A DNA stretch of 64,000 nucleotides from Candidatus Omnitrophica bacterium CG11_big_fil_rev_8_21_14_0_20_64_10 (GTDB taxonomy: Bacteria; Omnitrophota; Gorgyraeia; 1-14-0-20-64-10). Below are positions 37,436-46,717 of this stretch, one piece after another. Location of the stretch: the NCBI GenBank assembly GCA_002787095.1, contig PCVW01000010.1, positions 7,774 through 71,773 on the forward strand, in the 5' to 3' direction. The notes under the pieces were generated by a model, which saw only the letters and a program-made list of their open reading frames with translations, made no database searches and had not been told where the DNA came from. The number at the start of each line of letters is the position of its first letter. The stretch's first letter is position 1. A program made the translations under genes and the position numbers.

Positions 37436-39003
37436 CAGGAATAGCGGGAACCCCGCCCCCGGTAGGTCCGGACCTCTTCGACCCAGGAAGCGAACAGAAA
37501 ATAGTAGAGACCGCTCCAGAGGAAGCGGAGGAACCGGCCAAACGGCATGTGCGGGAGATTCCGCAGCCAGGTCCAAACGGTCTTGGGCCGCAGATAGAAC
37601 TTCCGGAAGGCCTCCCGGGCGACCTGCTCCAGCTCCTCCCTGCTTCGGTGGGCGGGAACCCAAATCTTGTCGAAGTTGGTCAGCAGATGGTTCTGGTGTT
37701 CCCCGGACTGGATGAAGGAGCCGTTTTCGACCGCGTCTTTCCAGATCTCCGTCCCCGGGTACGGTTCGAAGATCGGGAAGACCGCGTAATCGAGGCGGCT
37801 GGTGACCGCGAAGGAGATCGTCTTGCGGGACTGCGCCGGGGTCTCGGTCGGCAGTCCCAGCATGAAGGAGGAGAGGGTCCGGATCCCGGCGGCGTTGGCG
37901 ATCCGGATCCCCTCGTAGTTCCGTTCGACGGTCAGCTTCTTCCGAATCAGGTTGAGCAGCTGCTGGTCCCCCGATTCGCAGCCGAAGACGATCAGGTAGC
38001 AGCCGGCCCGCTTCATCACCCGGCACAGTTCGGGATCCACCAAGTCGGTCCGGGTGAAGCACATCCAGCGGAACTGGTGCTTGTTGGACGCCAGCTTCTC
38101 GCAGAGGGCCAGCACCCGCTTCCGATTGGTCGTGAAGATGTCGTCGTAGAACTGGAAGCTGTCGAACCCGTAGGTTGTGTGGAGCCGGTTCAGGTCCTCC
38201 ACCACGCGCTGCGGCGAATGGTGGCGGAAGGTCCGGCCGAAGGTCATCTTGGCTTCACAGAAGGTGCACTCGTAGGGACAGCCGCGGGAGGTCACGTAAT
38301 TGGCGACCCGCCGGCCCCAGATGTGAATCGCCGGGTAGTAGCGGTCCATCGGGTAGAGATCGAGCGCCGGCATCGGGATGGAGTCCAGGTTCTGGATCAG
38401 CGGCTGTCGGGGAGTCCGGACGATTTGGCCGGACCGGTCCTTGACCCAGATCCCCGGCACCTGGGTCAGGGCCTTCGGGTCGTCCAGCGCGGCGGCAAGT
38501 CGGCAGAAGGAGATCTCCGCTTCGGAGATGATCACCGCGTCCACATGGGGGTTCTCGATCGTCCGTTCGGGGAAGATCGTCGCCTGCGGTCCCCCGAGCA
38601 CGACGCGGGCTTTGGGGGAGATCCGCTTGACCAGTTCCGCGACCTTCAGGCAGCGGTCGATGTTGTTGATGAAGACCGCCATGGAAACGATGTCGGGGCC
38701 GAACTCGGCCAGGTCCCGGGCGAGGGTGTCGTACCCCTGCCGGAGGATTTCGTAATCCACGAGGCGGACGGTGTGACCGACGCTGCGGGCGGCCGAGGCG
38801 ACATACGCCATCCCCAGCCAGGGCAGTTCGGTCGCCGCCACCGCGAGACGGCCATAGTTCATCTCAACCGATCCGGGAGGGACCAGGAAGAAGATTTTCC
38901 GCCGGGGGCCGCCCCGGAAATCATCGGCCCGGAAGAGGACGTCTTTCTGCAGGAGTTCGGAGGCCTTCGGGGCCTCCGGCGCGATCAGGAGGGATTCAAC
39001 CAT
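37435..39003 (-). CDS. B12-binding-domain radical SAM enzyme (class B radical SAM methyltransferase-like)
   Basis: N-terminal cobalamin-binding-like Rossmann (KARVVLGGPQAT), then TSRGCPYECTFCEA (CxxxCxxC). ATG at 39003-39001 (MVESLL...). Confidence 0.85.
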   Translation of the reverse strand: MVESLLIAPEAPKASELLQKDVLFRADDFRGGPRRKIFFLVPPGSVEMNYGRLAVAATELPWLGMAYVASAARSVGHTVRLVDYEILRQGYDTLARDLAEFGPDIVSMAVFINNIDRCLKVAELVKRISPKARVVLGGPQATIFPERTIENPHVDAVIISEAEISFCRLAAALDDPKALTQVPGIWVKDRSGQIVRTPRQPLIQNLDSIPMPALDLYPMDRYYPAIHIWGRRVANYVTSRGCPYECTFCEAKMTFGRTFRHHSPQRVVEDLNRLHTTYGFDSFQFYDDIFTTNRKRVLALCEKLASNKHQFRWMCFTRTDLVDPELCRVMKRAGCYLIVFGCESGDQQLLNLIRKKLTVERNYEGIRIANAAGIRTLSSFMLGLPTETPAQSRKTISFAVTSRLDYAVFPIFEPYPGTEIWKDAVENGSFIQSGEHQNHLLTNFDKIWVPAHRSREELEQVAREAFRKFYLRPKTVWTWLRNLPHMPFGRFLRFLWSGLYYFLFASWVEEVRTYRGRGSRYS

Positions 39004-39850
39004 GCGAGGGCCTCGAGGCGATCGCAACCGGCGCTCCGGCCGCTTCCCAAAGAGTTCGGCGCTCTCCCAAAACCAGCTGGAGCGCGGTCAAACGGCTGAT
39101 GGGCCGGTGCCGGCGGCGGTTGTCCGAGAAAGGGGAAAAACGGGTTGGCGCCGCCGGTCCTTCCAGGAGATAGGCGGTCTCTCCGACCACGGAGAGAGCC
39201 ACCGCCTGCCCGGCAATCCCCTCCCGGATCGGGGTGAGCCGGCCGGCCGGATCCAGCCGGCTCAAGCGGCCGGTCGTTCGGTCGGCGACCAGCAGGGTCC
39301 CGTTGGTTCCCCAGGGGGTCACACCGACTGGATTCGATAATTCCGTTTGTTTCCACAGCACTTGTCCGCTCTCCATTTCCCAGGCGACCACCGCCCCTCG
39401 AACGCCGTCCAGACAAATGGCGGCCATCACTCGTTTTCCATCCGGCGTCAGAACCAGCCGCCGGACACCCGGCGACAGACAAAACAAAGCTTTCGGGACC
39501 GCCTTGAAATTTTCCCAACAAAGAAGGCGGCCCGAAGTAGACTCCACCCCATAGATTGACCTGGACTTCAGGTCTAACCCTATGGCGCATAATTTGTTAC
39601 GGCCATGATACACCATTTGGAGGGGGCCGTCAGCCGATTTCATGAAGGCGATCCCCTCTTCGACGAGGAGCCACAGTCCCTCGGGGCTCCAGAGAAGGTC
39701 CAGCAGGGTTGAGGGGAGGGGGCGGCCGAGGCGGCGGATCGGGCCAGCGGCATCCCCGCCCCAAAGCCGAGCAAAGGATCTCCCCAGCCAATTGCGGCGA
39801 CGCAGAAGACAGAGAAGCGGTGGAAAGGAGTTTTTAGCGGGCGCCGGCAT
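38996..39850 (-). CDS. hypothetical protein, beta-propeller-like repeats (putative)
   Basis: It is the only open frame across 39003-39834. Repeated hydrophobic/Gly/Trp strands (YGVESTSGRLLCWE, GAVVAWEMESGQVLWKQT, GTLLVADRTTGRL) resemble PQQ/WD-like propeller blades. ATG at 39850-39848. It spans an AT-rich patch. Confidence 0.35.
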   Translation of the reverse strand: MPAPAKNSFPPLLCLLRRRNWLGRSFARLWGGDAAGPIRRLGRPLPSTLLDLLWSPEGLWLLVEEGIAFMKSADGPLQMVYHGRNKLCAIGLDLKSRSIYGVESTSGRLLCWENFKAVPKALFCLSPGVRRLVLTPDGKRVMAAICLDGVRGAVVAWEMESGQVLWKQTELSNPVGVTPWGTNGTLLVADRTTGRLSRLDPAGRLTPIREGIAGQAVALSVVGETAYLLEGPAAPTRFSPFSDNRRRHRPISRLTALQLVLGERRTLWEAAGAPVAIASRPSHG

Positions 39851-41051
39851 CCCGCCCGTCCAGCCAGCCGCTCTCTTCCAGCAACCGGGCAATCGCTTCG
39901 GCCACCGCCTGGTTGCCGACGGCATTCGTATGCTGCCAATCGATCGGAAAGCGGGTGTCGGCGGTTGCTTCGAAAGTTTCGGAGAGATCTGCCCAGCGGG
40001 CCGTCCCGTTCCGGCGGGCATCGGCTGCTTCGGCGATCCGGTTTCGAATCCGGTCCCGGATCCCCTCCCACAGCGGCCGGTAGGCGGGATTCGGAACACC
40101 TCCCGAAAGGCCCTGTTCCAGGACGGCCCGCTCCTGGGAACTTAAGGCCGGTTTGTCGAAGAGGGTCGGCTGCCAGAGAAAGAGGGTCTTGAATCCGTAC
40201 CGCTCCCCGAGGGCCGAGGCGATCCGGAAGTTCTGGAGATAGATGGAGGCGGCCGCCGCCTCCATCGATTCCAGCTGTTGGGGGTCCTGCCCGAACGGGC
40301 GGCCCGACGGGCCGCTCGTTCCCGAACGGTTTCCGGTCCCGATCAAACGGACCAGATGGGTTTCCTGAAATCGTTCCCGCACCCGGACGGCGAGGTGTCG
40401 GATCAGATCTCCGAAGCCGAGACTGTACCCGATCTTCTGCGCGTCTTCGTAGATGCCGGCGATTCGCTTCAGGTTGTGGTGGTCGCCGGGGGATCCCTGC
40501 GCGACCGCCACCGTCTCGTTGATCCCGTCGTAGAAGATTACGATGTCGGGCGCCGCGCCCCGTTCGAGCTGGTAGATGAGGTCGATCAGCTCCTGCGAGT
40601 TCACATAGCCGCCGATCCCGAAATTCACGCACTCGACCGGCTCCAGTCCCCGGTTGGCTCCGAGACGCTCGGCCAAGCGGGCCGGAATAGTCCAAGCGTC
40701 GGAGGCCCCCTGCCCCAGCATCGTGGAGCCTCCGAACAGGAAGATCCGCCGGGCCCCCGGCTGAACGGTTTGCGGGGTCCGCCGGCGTCCTTCCGAATCG
40801 ATGTTGATATGGCGGCCGACATGCGGCGCGTATCCCCAGACCCGGTACGGCAGATAACGGGCCCGGTAGAAGGCTTTCTGTTCGGAGGAGATCCCCGGAA
40901 AATCTTTCTCCGGGGTTTCCTGGAACCGATTCACCCGGGCCGCCTCCCGCCGGTCGAGGATCACCTTGGCCCCCACTTCCAGCAGACAGCCGGTGCCGCC
41001 GATGATCCCGGTCCAAACGGCCAGGAGCAGAACCAGCCGGCGGCCGCTCAT
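39834..41051 (-). CDS. SGNH/GDSL-like hydrolase (putative glycan O-acyl esterase / acyltransferase) with N-terminal TM
   Basis: TM helix, then RIFLFGGSTMLGQGA (block I), NFGIGGYVNSQE and VIFYDGINE blocks. ATG at 41051-41049 in an ATGA overlap; TAA stop at 39836-39834. Confidence 0.55.
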   Translation of the reverse strand: MSGRRLVLLLAVWTGIIGGTGCLLEVGAKVILDRREAARVNRFQETPEKDFPGISSEQKAFYRARYLPYRVWGYAPHVGRHINIDSEGRRRTPQTVQPGARRIFLFGGSTMLGQGASDAWTIPARLAERLGANRGLEPVECVNFGIGGYVNSQELIDLIYQLERGAAPDIVIFYDGINETVAVAQGSPGDHHNLKRIAGIYEDAQKIGYSLGFGDLIRHLAVRVRERFQETHLVRLIGTGNRSGTSGPSGRPFGQDPQQLESMEAAAASIYLQNFRIASALGERYGFKTLFLWQPTLFDKPALSSQERAVLEQGLSGGVPNPAYRPLWEGIRDRIRNRIAEAADARRNGTARWADLSETFEATADTRFPIDWQHTNAVGNQAVAEAIARLLEESGWLDGRDAGAR

Positions 41052-42937
41052 GCGGGGAGGATCTCCCGATCGATGAAGATCATGTGCCACCACTCCAGGA
41101 TAGCCAAGGCGAAGACCCGCTTCAAGCTCAGGAAATCGTCCGTCGAGGAGTGGGCCAACAGCATTCGGACCGCTTCCCATCGGAAGTAGCCCCGCCGCCG
41201 GACCCGCTGTTCGGTCAAAGTGGTCCCGATCAGCTCCCGCCAGGCGGCGCTCTGCGCGTACCGCTCGAGCGGGACATAGAAGGTCTGCTTCGGCCGGCGG
41301 ACCACGCGGCGGGGCAGCCAGCGGGCCGCCAACCGCCGGGCCGCGATCTTGTCCCGCCAAGCGGTCAGCTTGAGCGTTGTGGGGCAAGCGGCCAGATGTT
41401 CGACGAGGCGGTGATCCAGGAACGGGACCCGTCCCTCGATCCCGACCGCCATCGTCATCCGGTCCAACCGCAGAAGCAGATTGTCCGGCAGCCAATCCCG
41501 ATACTGCAGACGCAGGATCCCTTCAATCGAGTTGATTCCCGGTTCTCCCGCGGCGGCCCCCTCGGCCGGCGCAAGGGCCGGTTCGCAAAGCGCCTGAAGC
41601 TGCTGCGCGTCGAACAGGGAGCGCAGGTGAAGATTCCAGGCGGCCGGGTCGTTCCGTCGGGTGAGCTCAAGGTAATCCAGCAGTTTCCGCTTCCCGCTCT
41701 CCCCGAGGCCGGCCGGATAGCGGAATCCCCGACTCAAGCATTCCGCCGGGAGCCGACGGATCACCGCGGGAGCGATCCGGGTGAGCAGTCCCGGGGTTCG
41801 GCGCCGAAGCCGCAGCGTCCAGAAGAGGACCTGATGGAAGAGATAGCCGCCGAGCACCTCGTCTCCCCCCTCCCCGGTCAGGACCACTTTGACCTGCTTG
41901 GAAGCTTCCCGAGCGAGCAAAAACATCGGCAGAATGATGGCATCCCCCATCGGCTGGTCCAGATTCCAGATCAGCCGGGGGATTTGCTCCAGATCGGCCG
42001 CTTCGCATCGGAGGGTGTGATGGGGAGCGGCCAGCGCGGCGGCGGTCTCGGCGGCCCGGCTCGATTCGTCCCAACGGTCCCCGAACCCGATGCTGAAGGT
42101 GGGGTGGCCGGCCCGCGCTTCCCGGGCAATGGCCGCCAGAATCAGTCCGGAATCCAGCCCGCCGCTGAGGAAGGTGCCGACCGGCCGGTCGCTCATCAGC
42201 CGAAGCCGGACCGCCGTTTCGAACCGGCGCTCAAACTCCTCCTGGTACCGCGCCGCGCCGGCCTGGGACGCCGGTTCCTCCGGCAGGCGCCAGTAAGGCC
42301 GGAGGGTCAGCCGCCCGTTCTCAAACCAGCCGGCATGGGCCGGCGGCACGGAACGGATTCCCTCCAAGAGGGTGTCGGGACCCGGCACATAGCGGTTCCG
42401 CAGATACGGCAGGATTTTGTCCCGGCGGACCGTTCGGGAGACGGCGTCGGCTTCCAGGATCGCCTTGATCTCGGAGCCGAACAACAGCCGGCCGCCCCGT
42501 TCCCAGACATAAAGGGGCTTGATCCCGATCCGGTCCCGGGCCAGGAAGAGGCGGTCCCGTTTCCGGTCATGAATCGCGAAGGCGAACATGCCGTTGAACC
42601 GCTCCAGACAGGCCGGTCCCCATTCGGCAAAGGCCCGAAGGACCGTTTCGGTGTCGCACCGGCTCTGGAAACGGTGTCCCTTCACCCGAAGCTGTTCGGC
42701 GATCTCGGCGTGGTTGTAGATCTCGCCGTTGAACGCGATCCAGAGAGAACCGTCCTCGCTCGAACGGGGTTGGTGCCCCCCTTCCAGGTCCACGATGCTC
42801 AAGCGGCAGGCGGCCAGACCGATTCCCCCGTGGCGGGCCTGCCCCTGCCCGTCCGGCCCTCGATGGGCGATCACCCGGATCATCCGGTCAAGCGGATCGT
42901 TCCCGCTCCAGCCCGAATAGCCGGCGATTCCGCACAT
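41048..42937 (-). CDS. asnB: asparagine synthase (glutamine-hydrolysing) family amidotransferase, copy 2
   Basis: MCGIAGYSGW..., SGGLDSG and AsnB C-terminal blocks. The ATG at 42937-42935 sits in the same TGATG context (cgcacatcag) as copy 1. The 204-aa track extension is rejected. Confidence 0.9.
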   Translation of the reverse strand: MCGIAGYSGWSGNDPLDRMIRVIAHRGPDGQGQARHGGIGLAACRLSIVDLEGGHQPRSSEDGSLWIAFNGEIYNHAEIAEQLRVKGHRFQSRCDTETVLRAFAEWGPACLERFNGMFAFAIHDRKRDRLFLARDRIGIKPLYVWERGGRLLFGSEIKAILEADAVSRTVRRDKILPYLRNRYVPGPDTLLEGIRSVPPAHAGWFENGRLTLRPYWRLPEEPASQAGAARYQEEFERRFETAVRLRLMSDRPVGTFLSGGLDSGLILAAIAREARAGHPTFSIGFGDRWDESSRAAETAAALAAPHHTLRCEAADLEQIPRLIWNLDQPMGDAIILPMFLLAREASKQVKVVLTGEGGDEVLGGYLFHQVLFWTLRLRRRTPGLLTRIAPAVIRRLPAECLSRGFRYPAGLGESGKRKLLDYLELTRRNDPAAWNLHLRSLFDAQQLQALCEPALAPAEGAAAGEPGINSIEGILRLQYRDWLPDNLLLRLDRMTMAVGIEGRVPFLDHRLVEHLAACPTTLKLTAWRDKIAARRLAARWLPRRVVRRPKQTFYVPLERYAQSAAWRELIGTTLTEQRVRRRGYFRWEAVRMLLAHSSTDDFLSLKRVFALAILEWWHMIFIDREILPA

Positions 42938-44670
42938 CAGCCGGTTCCCCCGTGGAGGCGATAGACCGTGAAATGCCGGTTCTGATGGACCGGTTTCAAT
43001 GTCGGATGGGGGGCCGCAGCGGCCGGCAGGATCGCGTAATCGGCCCCGAACCGTTCTCCCAACCGGAGCAGCTCGGCGTCCGAGAGGGACCGGTACTGCT
43101 CCGCGAGTCCCCAGAAGGCTTCCCGCCGCCACGGGAGCGGTTCCGGTCCCAGGTGGTAGCGAAGATAGTGGTCGATCTCCGATCGGGCGGTTTGACTGGA
43201 GTAGATCGACCGCCCCAGATCCTGCCAGCTGATCGCCGGCGTCCGGCGGGAGAAAACCTCGAAACCGGACCAATCCGGCGGATTGAGGAAAACCGCGTCG
43301 GGCCGGCTGTTTTCCCGGGCCCAATCCTGGGTCTCTTTCCAGTCGGCGTTTTCCGAAGCGAGTCGGAGCTGCAGCCTGGGATTCGCCGCAAAGAGGGGTG
43401 GGAGGGCCTGAACGAAAATGTTGCAGGCCGCCAGCCCAAGCAGTCCGGTCCGGACGACGGCGGCGAATCGCCCGCCGGTTCCCTCCGGCAGCCGCCAGGA
43501 CCGGCCGGCCAGGAACGCGGCCGACAGGAAAACCAAAGGGAGGGTCCACCGGATCGCGTAATCAAGGAATAGGAGTCCGATCGCCAAGGCGATGCCGCTC
43601 CATCGCCGGACCGGTGCCGGATCGGAAAGGGCCGATTCCACCGAGGCGCACAGATAAAGGGAGAGCAGCAATAGGAGATAGTCGGAGGCGCGCAAGAGGG
43701 TCAGTTTGGCCAGAAGCACCACCGGCCGGATCTCGCTGAAGAAAACTCCCGCGGCGCACAACACTCCGGCGCCGGCCGCCAGGAGCCCCGCCCCTCGATC
43801 CCGGAGCCGTTGTTCTTCCGATCGCTCCATGCGATGGCGGACCCATCCCCCGGCGGCGGCGTATGCCAGGAGCCCGCCCCAGAGATATCCCCCCCAGGAA
43901 AAGGGAAAAAGATGATGGTTTTTCCGGATCCGCATCAGCGCCCACCAGGTTTCCGGATCGAGTCCGGCGGAAGCGTAGATCTGCCAGCGGGGGAGAAAAT
44001 AGATGACTGCCGGAAGCAGCGCCAGCAGGAACCAGGCGGCGCACCGGAGCCGGCGGGCGCCGGTGGGGCGGTTGGGAGCCCACAGCAGCAGCGGCGCGGC
44101 CAAGCCGCAGAGAATTACCGCGTGGGTCGGATGGATCGAAAAGAAGAGCCCCAGCCCCGCGGCCGCCCATTCCCAGCGGCCCCGCAGCAGCGCGGCCAGG
44201 ATCCAGAGGCCGCAGGAGAAAGCGACGAAGTGCCAGGCGTGGTAGACGCCGATCTTCCAGGCAAACCCCATTCCGAGGGCTCCCGCCCCGCCACCAATCA
44301 GGAGAATCACGGCTAGCAGGCTTACCCGCCGGTTTTTAAAAAGGGCCTGCGCGACGGTCCAGACTCCGCCGACCGCCAGACCGCAGAGGAGCGCCAGGCG
44401 GAGGGTCTCGGCGATGCCTTCCGGCCAGTCGAACAGCGCCCATCCCCGGGCCCAGATCCACTGCAGCGGGGAGAGGGTCGTCGTCATCGCTTCCCGCAGG
44501 GGATGTCCGACCAGCCATTCGGGATGGGCGAACAGTTGAATCGGGACGATCAGGTCGGAACCTTCGACCGCCACCGCCCAGGGGTGCCGCCAAACCCTCA
44601 AGAGGAAGAGGCCGACGGCGATCGCCAGCGGCAGAAGCCGGTCGGCTCCTTTCCCCCTTTCGAGGGTCAC
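42937..44670 (-). CDS. polytopic membrane protein with C-terminal soluble domain (hypothetical; polymerase/GT-C-like?)
   Basis: At least 12 predicted TM segments and no confident motif. GTG start at 44670-44668 in a GTGA overlap. Confidence 0.45.
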   Translation of the reverse strand: MTLERGKGADRLLPLAIAVGLFLLRVWRHPWAVAVEGSDLIVPIQLFAHPEWLVGHPLREAMTTTLSPLQWIWARGWALFDWPEGIAETLRLALLCGLAVGGVWTVAQALFKNRRVSLLAVILLIGGGAGALGMGFAWKIGVYHAWHFVAFSCGLWILAALLRGRWEWAAAGLGLFFSIHPTHAVILCGLAAPLLLWAPNRPTGARRLRCAAWFLLALLPAVIYFLPRWQIYASAGLDPETWWALMRIRKNHHLFPFSWGGYLWGGLLAYAAAGGWVRHRMERSEEQRLRDRGAGLLAAGAGVLCAAGVFFSEIRPVVLLAKLTLLRASDYLLLLLSLYLCASVESALSDPAPVRRWSGIALAIGLLFLDYAIRWTLPLVFLSAAFLAGRSWRLPEGTGGRFAAVVRTGLLGLAACNIFVQALPPLFAANPRLQLRLASENADWKETQDWARENSRPDAVFLNPPDWSGFEVFSRRTPAISWQDLGRSIYSSQTARSEIDHYLRYHLGPEPLPWRREAFWGLAEQYRSLSDAELLRLGERFGADYAILPAAAAPHPTLKPVHQNRHFTVYRLHGGTG

Positions 44671-45626
44671 CGACTGCTCCGGGAGGCCACCAATTTCTTC
44701 AAGCCGGTTTCCAGGGAAACCGCCGCCCGAAACCCCAGTGCCCGCTGAGCCGCTTCGGTAGAGCCGACCCGGTGCTGGACGAATGAGACCGCTTCCGATT
44801 GGAAGATCGGCGTGAGGGTGCTTCCGGTCGCCTCCAGCAGCCGCTCCACGAGCTCCCGGATCGTCGTCCGACGACCGGTCCCCACGTTAAACGCTTGATC
44901 GTTTGCCTGAGCCCGGGCGGCCAGCACATTGGCCCGGGCCACATCGGTGACATCCACGAAATCGTAGGATTGGGAGCCGTCCCCGTGAATCACCGGCGCT
45001 TCCCCCCGCTCGATCCGTTCCAGCACCTTCATGATGACGCTGGTGTAGGCCCCCTTGTCGTCCTGGCGGGGACCGTAGACATTCATGTAGCGCAGCGCGG
45101 CGTAGTCGAGTCCGTAGCGGTGGTGGTGGGCCCGGCACATCTGCTCTCCGGCGATCTTCGTGGCCCCGTAGAAGGTGGTGTTGTTCAGGGGATGGCCCTC
45201 CCGCATGGGGAACTCCACCGCGTCGCCATAAACCGACGCGGAAGAGGAGAAGACCAGGCGGGGGGTCCGGTGCTGGACGCAGGCCTGCAGCACATTGAAG
45301 GTCCCCCGGATGTTCACCTCAAACGCCGCTTCCGGGTGTTCCTGGCAGTGCAGCAACCAGAGGGCGGCCAGATGAAAAACGACCTCCCTGCCCCGGAAGG
45401 CCCGGTCCAGCCGGTCGGTCTCCAGGATGCTGGCCTCCTTTTCGAAAACTGAAACCCGGGGGTCCCGAAGGGCCGATTCCAGGTGGGCCGGTTTCCCCCG
45501 GCTGAAGTCGTCGTATACGAGGATCTCGGCCGGGGATTCCCCGAGCAGCGCCTCGACCAGATGGGAACCGATGAAGCCGGCCCCGCCGATCACCAGCAGC
45601 CGTTTGTTCCGGAGCGAGCGGCTCAT
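44667..45626 (-). CDS. NAD-dependent nucleotide-sugar epimerase/dehydratase (SDR)
   Basis: RLLVIGGAGFIGSHLVEAL and catalytic YGATK. ATG at 45626-45624 in an ATGA overlap; the 81-aa track extension is rejected. Confidence 0.85.
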   Translation of the reverse strand: MSRSLRNKRLLVIGGAGFIGSHLVEALLGESPAEILVYDDFSRGKPAHLESALRDPRVSVFEKEASILETDRLDRAFRGREVVFHLAALWLLHCQEHPEAAFEVNIRGTFNVLQACVQHRTPRLVFSSSASVYGDAVEFPMREGHPLNNTTFYGATKIAGEQMCRAHHHRYGLDYAALRYMNVYGPRQDDKGAYTSVIMKVLERIERGEAPVIHGDGSQSYDFVDVTDVARANVLAARAQANDQAFNVGTGRRTTIRELVERLLEATGSTLTPIFQSEAVSFVQHRVGSTEAAQRALGFRAAVSLETGLKKLVASRSSR

Positions 45627-46717
45627 CGCAGTCCCAGGAGGCGCCGCATCCAGCGGTTGGGGGCCGCCTGCAGCAGCCGGGCCAGGCCGCCGATCGCTGG
45701 GGTTTGGGAGATCAGTTCGAGCAATCCGAAGAGCAAGCGCTCTCCCCAGCCCCGCCGAAGGCTCTCGAGCAGGACCCAGGCTTCCTGCACTTCGACCGGA
45801 CTGAGCCGGTAGCTGCCCATGTCGAAGATCGTTTGTCCCCGCCGTTTCCCGGGCCGGCCATGGCGGCACAACTCATAGATCAGGGACCAGAACAGGTAGC
45901 GCCGGACATTCTCCCGAAAACATTTCGCCCGGGCCGCCCCCCGCGGATCAGCCTGTTCGAGGCGGTCCAGGTAGCTCCCGACCGCTGTTTGGAAGTCCCG
46001 CGCCATCTCCAAGATGGAGCGGTCGCTGAGCGCCTCGGAGTGGATGCGATACCGCCAGAGCCGCTCTCCGAGGTGACCGATCGACCAGCGCTCCGCGATC
46101 CGAAACCAGACGATGAAGTCCCCGAAGCCCAGCGGGCTTTCCGGATCGAAACGGATGCCGTTGAGCGCCTCCCGGCGGATCATCGTGCCCGGGCAGTTCA
46201 GGGAGGAGCGGCCGGAACGGGTCGTCTGCGCGACATAGGCGTCCCCCGTCTGCAGCGGCGGGGCCTCGGCTTGCCGAACGGCGACCACCCGATCGGCCTC
46301 ATCGATCAGTTCCCAATCGGAACAGAGCAGCCCGGCTTCCGGATGGGCCTCCATGAAGGCGACATACCGATCGATCATCTCGGGGGTGTACTGCTCGTCA
46401 TCGTGAAACAGGCAGAGGTAGCGGCCTCGGGCCGCTTCCAGACAGGCGTTGTGGTTCGGATAAAGACCGATGTTCTTCGGGTGCCGGAGGAGCCGGATCC
46501 GGCTGTCGCGCGAAGCCCACTCGCTGCAGAGGGCCTGCGTTTCGTCTTCCGAGGCATTGTCGCTGATCAGGATCTCCAGGTTCCGGTAGGTTTGATTCGA
46601 GACCTGCGGCAGCATTCGTTTCAGGAAGCGGGCTCGGTTGAAGGTGGGGATGCCGATCGTGACCAGGGGCGGCTTCAGCCGCCCGGAAGGAGCGCCGGCG
46701 GTCGTTGGAGGGTTCAT
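45623..46717 (-). CDS. family-2 glycosyltransferase
   Basis: LVTIGIPTFNRARFL...ILISDNASEDET...CLFHDDEQY. ATG at 46717-46715 in an ATGA overlap. Confidence 0.8.
   Translation of the reverse strand: MNPPTTAGAPSGRLKPPLVTIGIPTFNRARFLKRMLPQVSNQTYRNLEILISDNASEDETQALCSEWASRDSRIRLLRHPKNIGLYPNHNACLEAARGRYLCLFHDDEQYTPEMIDRYVAFMEAHPEAGLLCSDWELIDEADRVVAVRQAEAPPLQTGDAYVAQTTRSGRSSLNCPGTMIRREALNGIRFDPESPLGFGDFIVWFRIAERWSIGHLGERLWRYRIHSEALSDRSILEMARDFQTAVGSYLDRLEQADPRGAARAKCFRENVRRYLFWSLIYELCRHGRPGKRRGQTIFDMGSYRLSPVEVQEAWVLLESLRRGWGERLLFGLLELISQTPAIGGLARLLQAAPNRWMRRLLGLR

Noticed and set aside
30184-39003. RiPP-type locus (precursor peptide plus SPASM rSAM plus B12-rSAM)
   Set aside because: There is no intergenic space or small ORF for a precursor peptide. 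All neighbours are carbohydrate enzymes that are overlap-coupled.
38985-39590. Alternative minus-strand ORF (201 aa) between the B12-rSAM and SGNH genes
   Set aside because: It is a Gly/Arg/Pro-rich frame. The overlapping 38996..39850 frame has protein-like composition and is the only frame open across the AT-rich patch.
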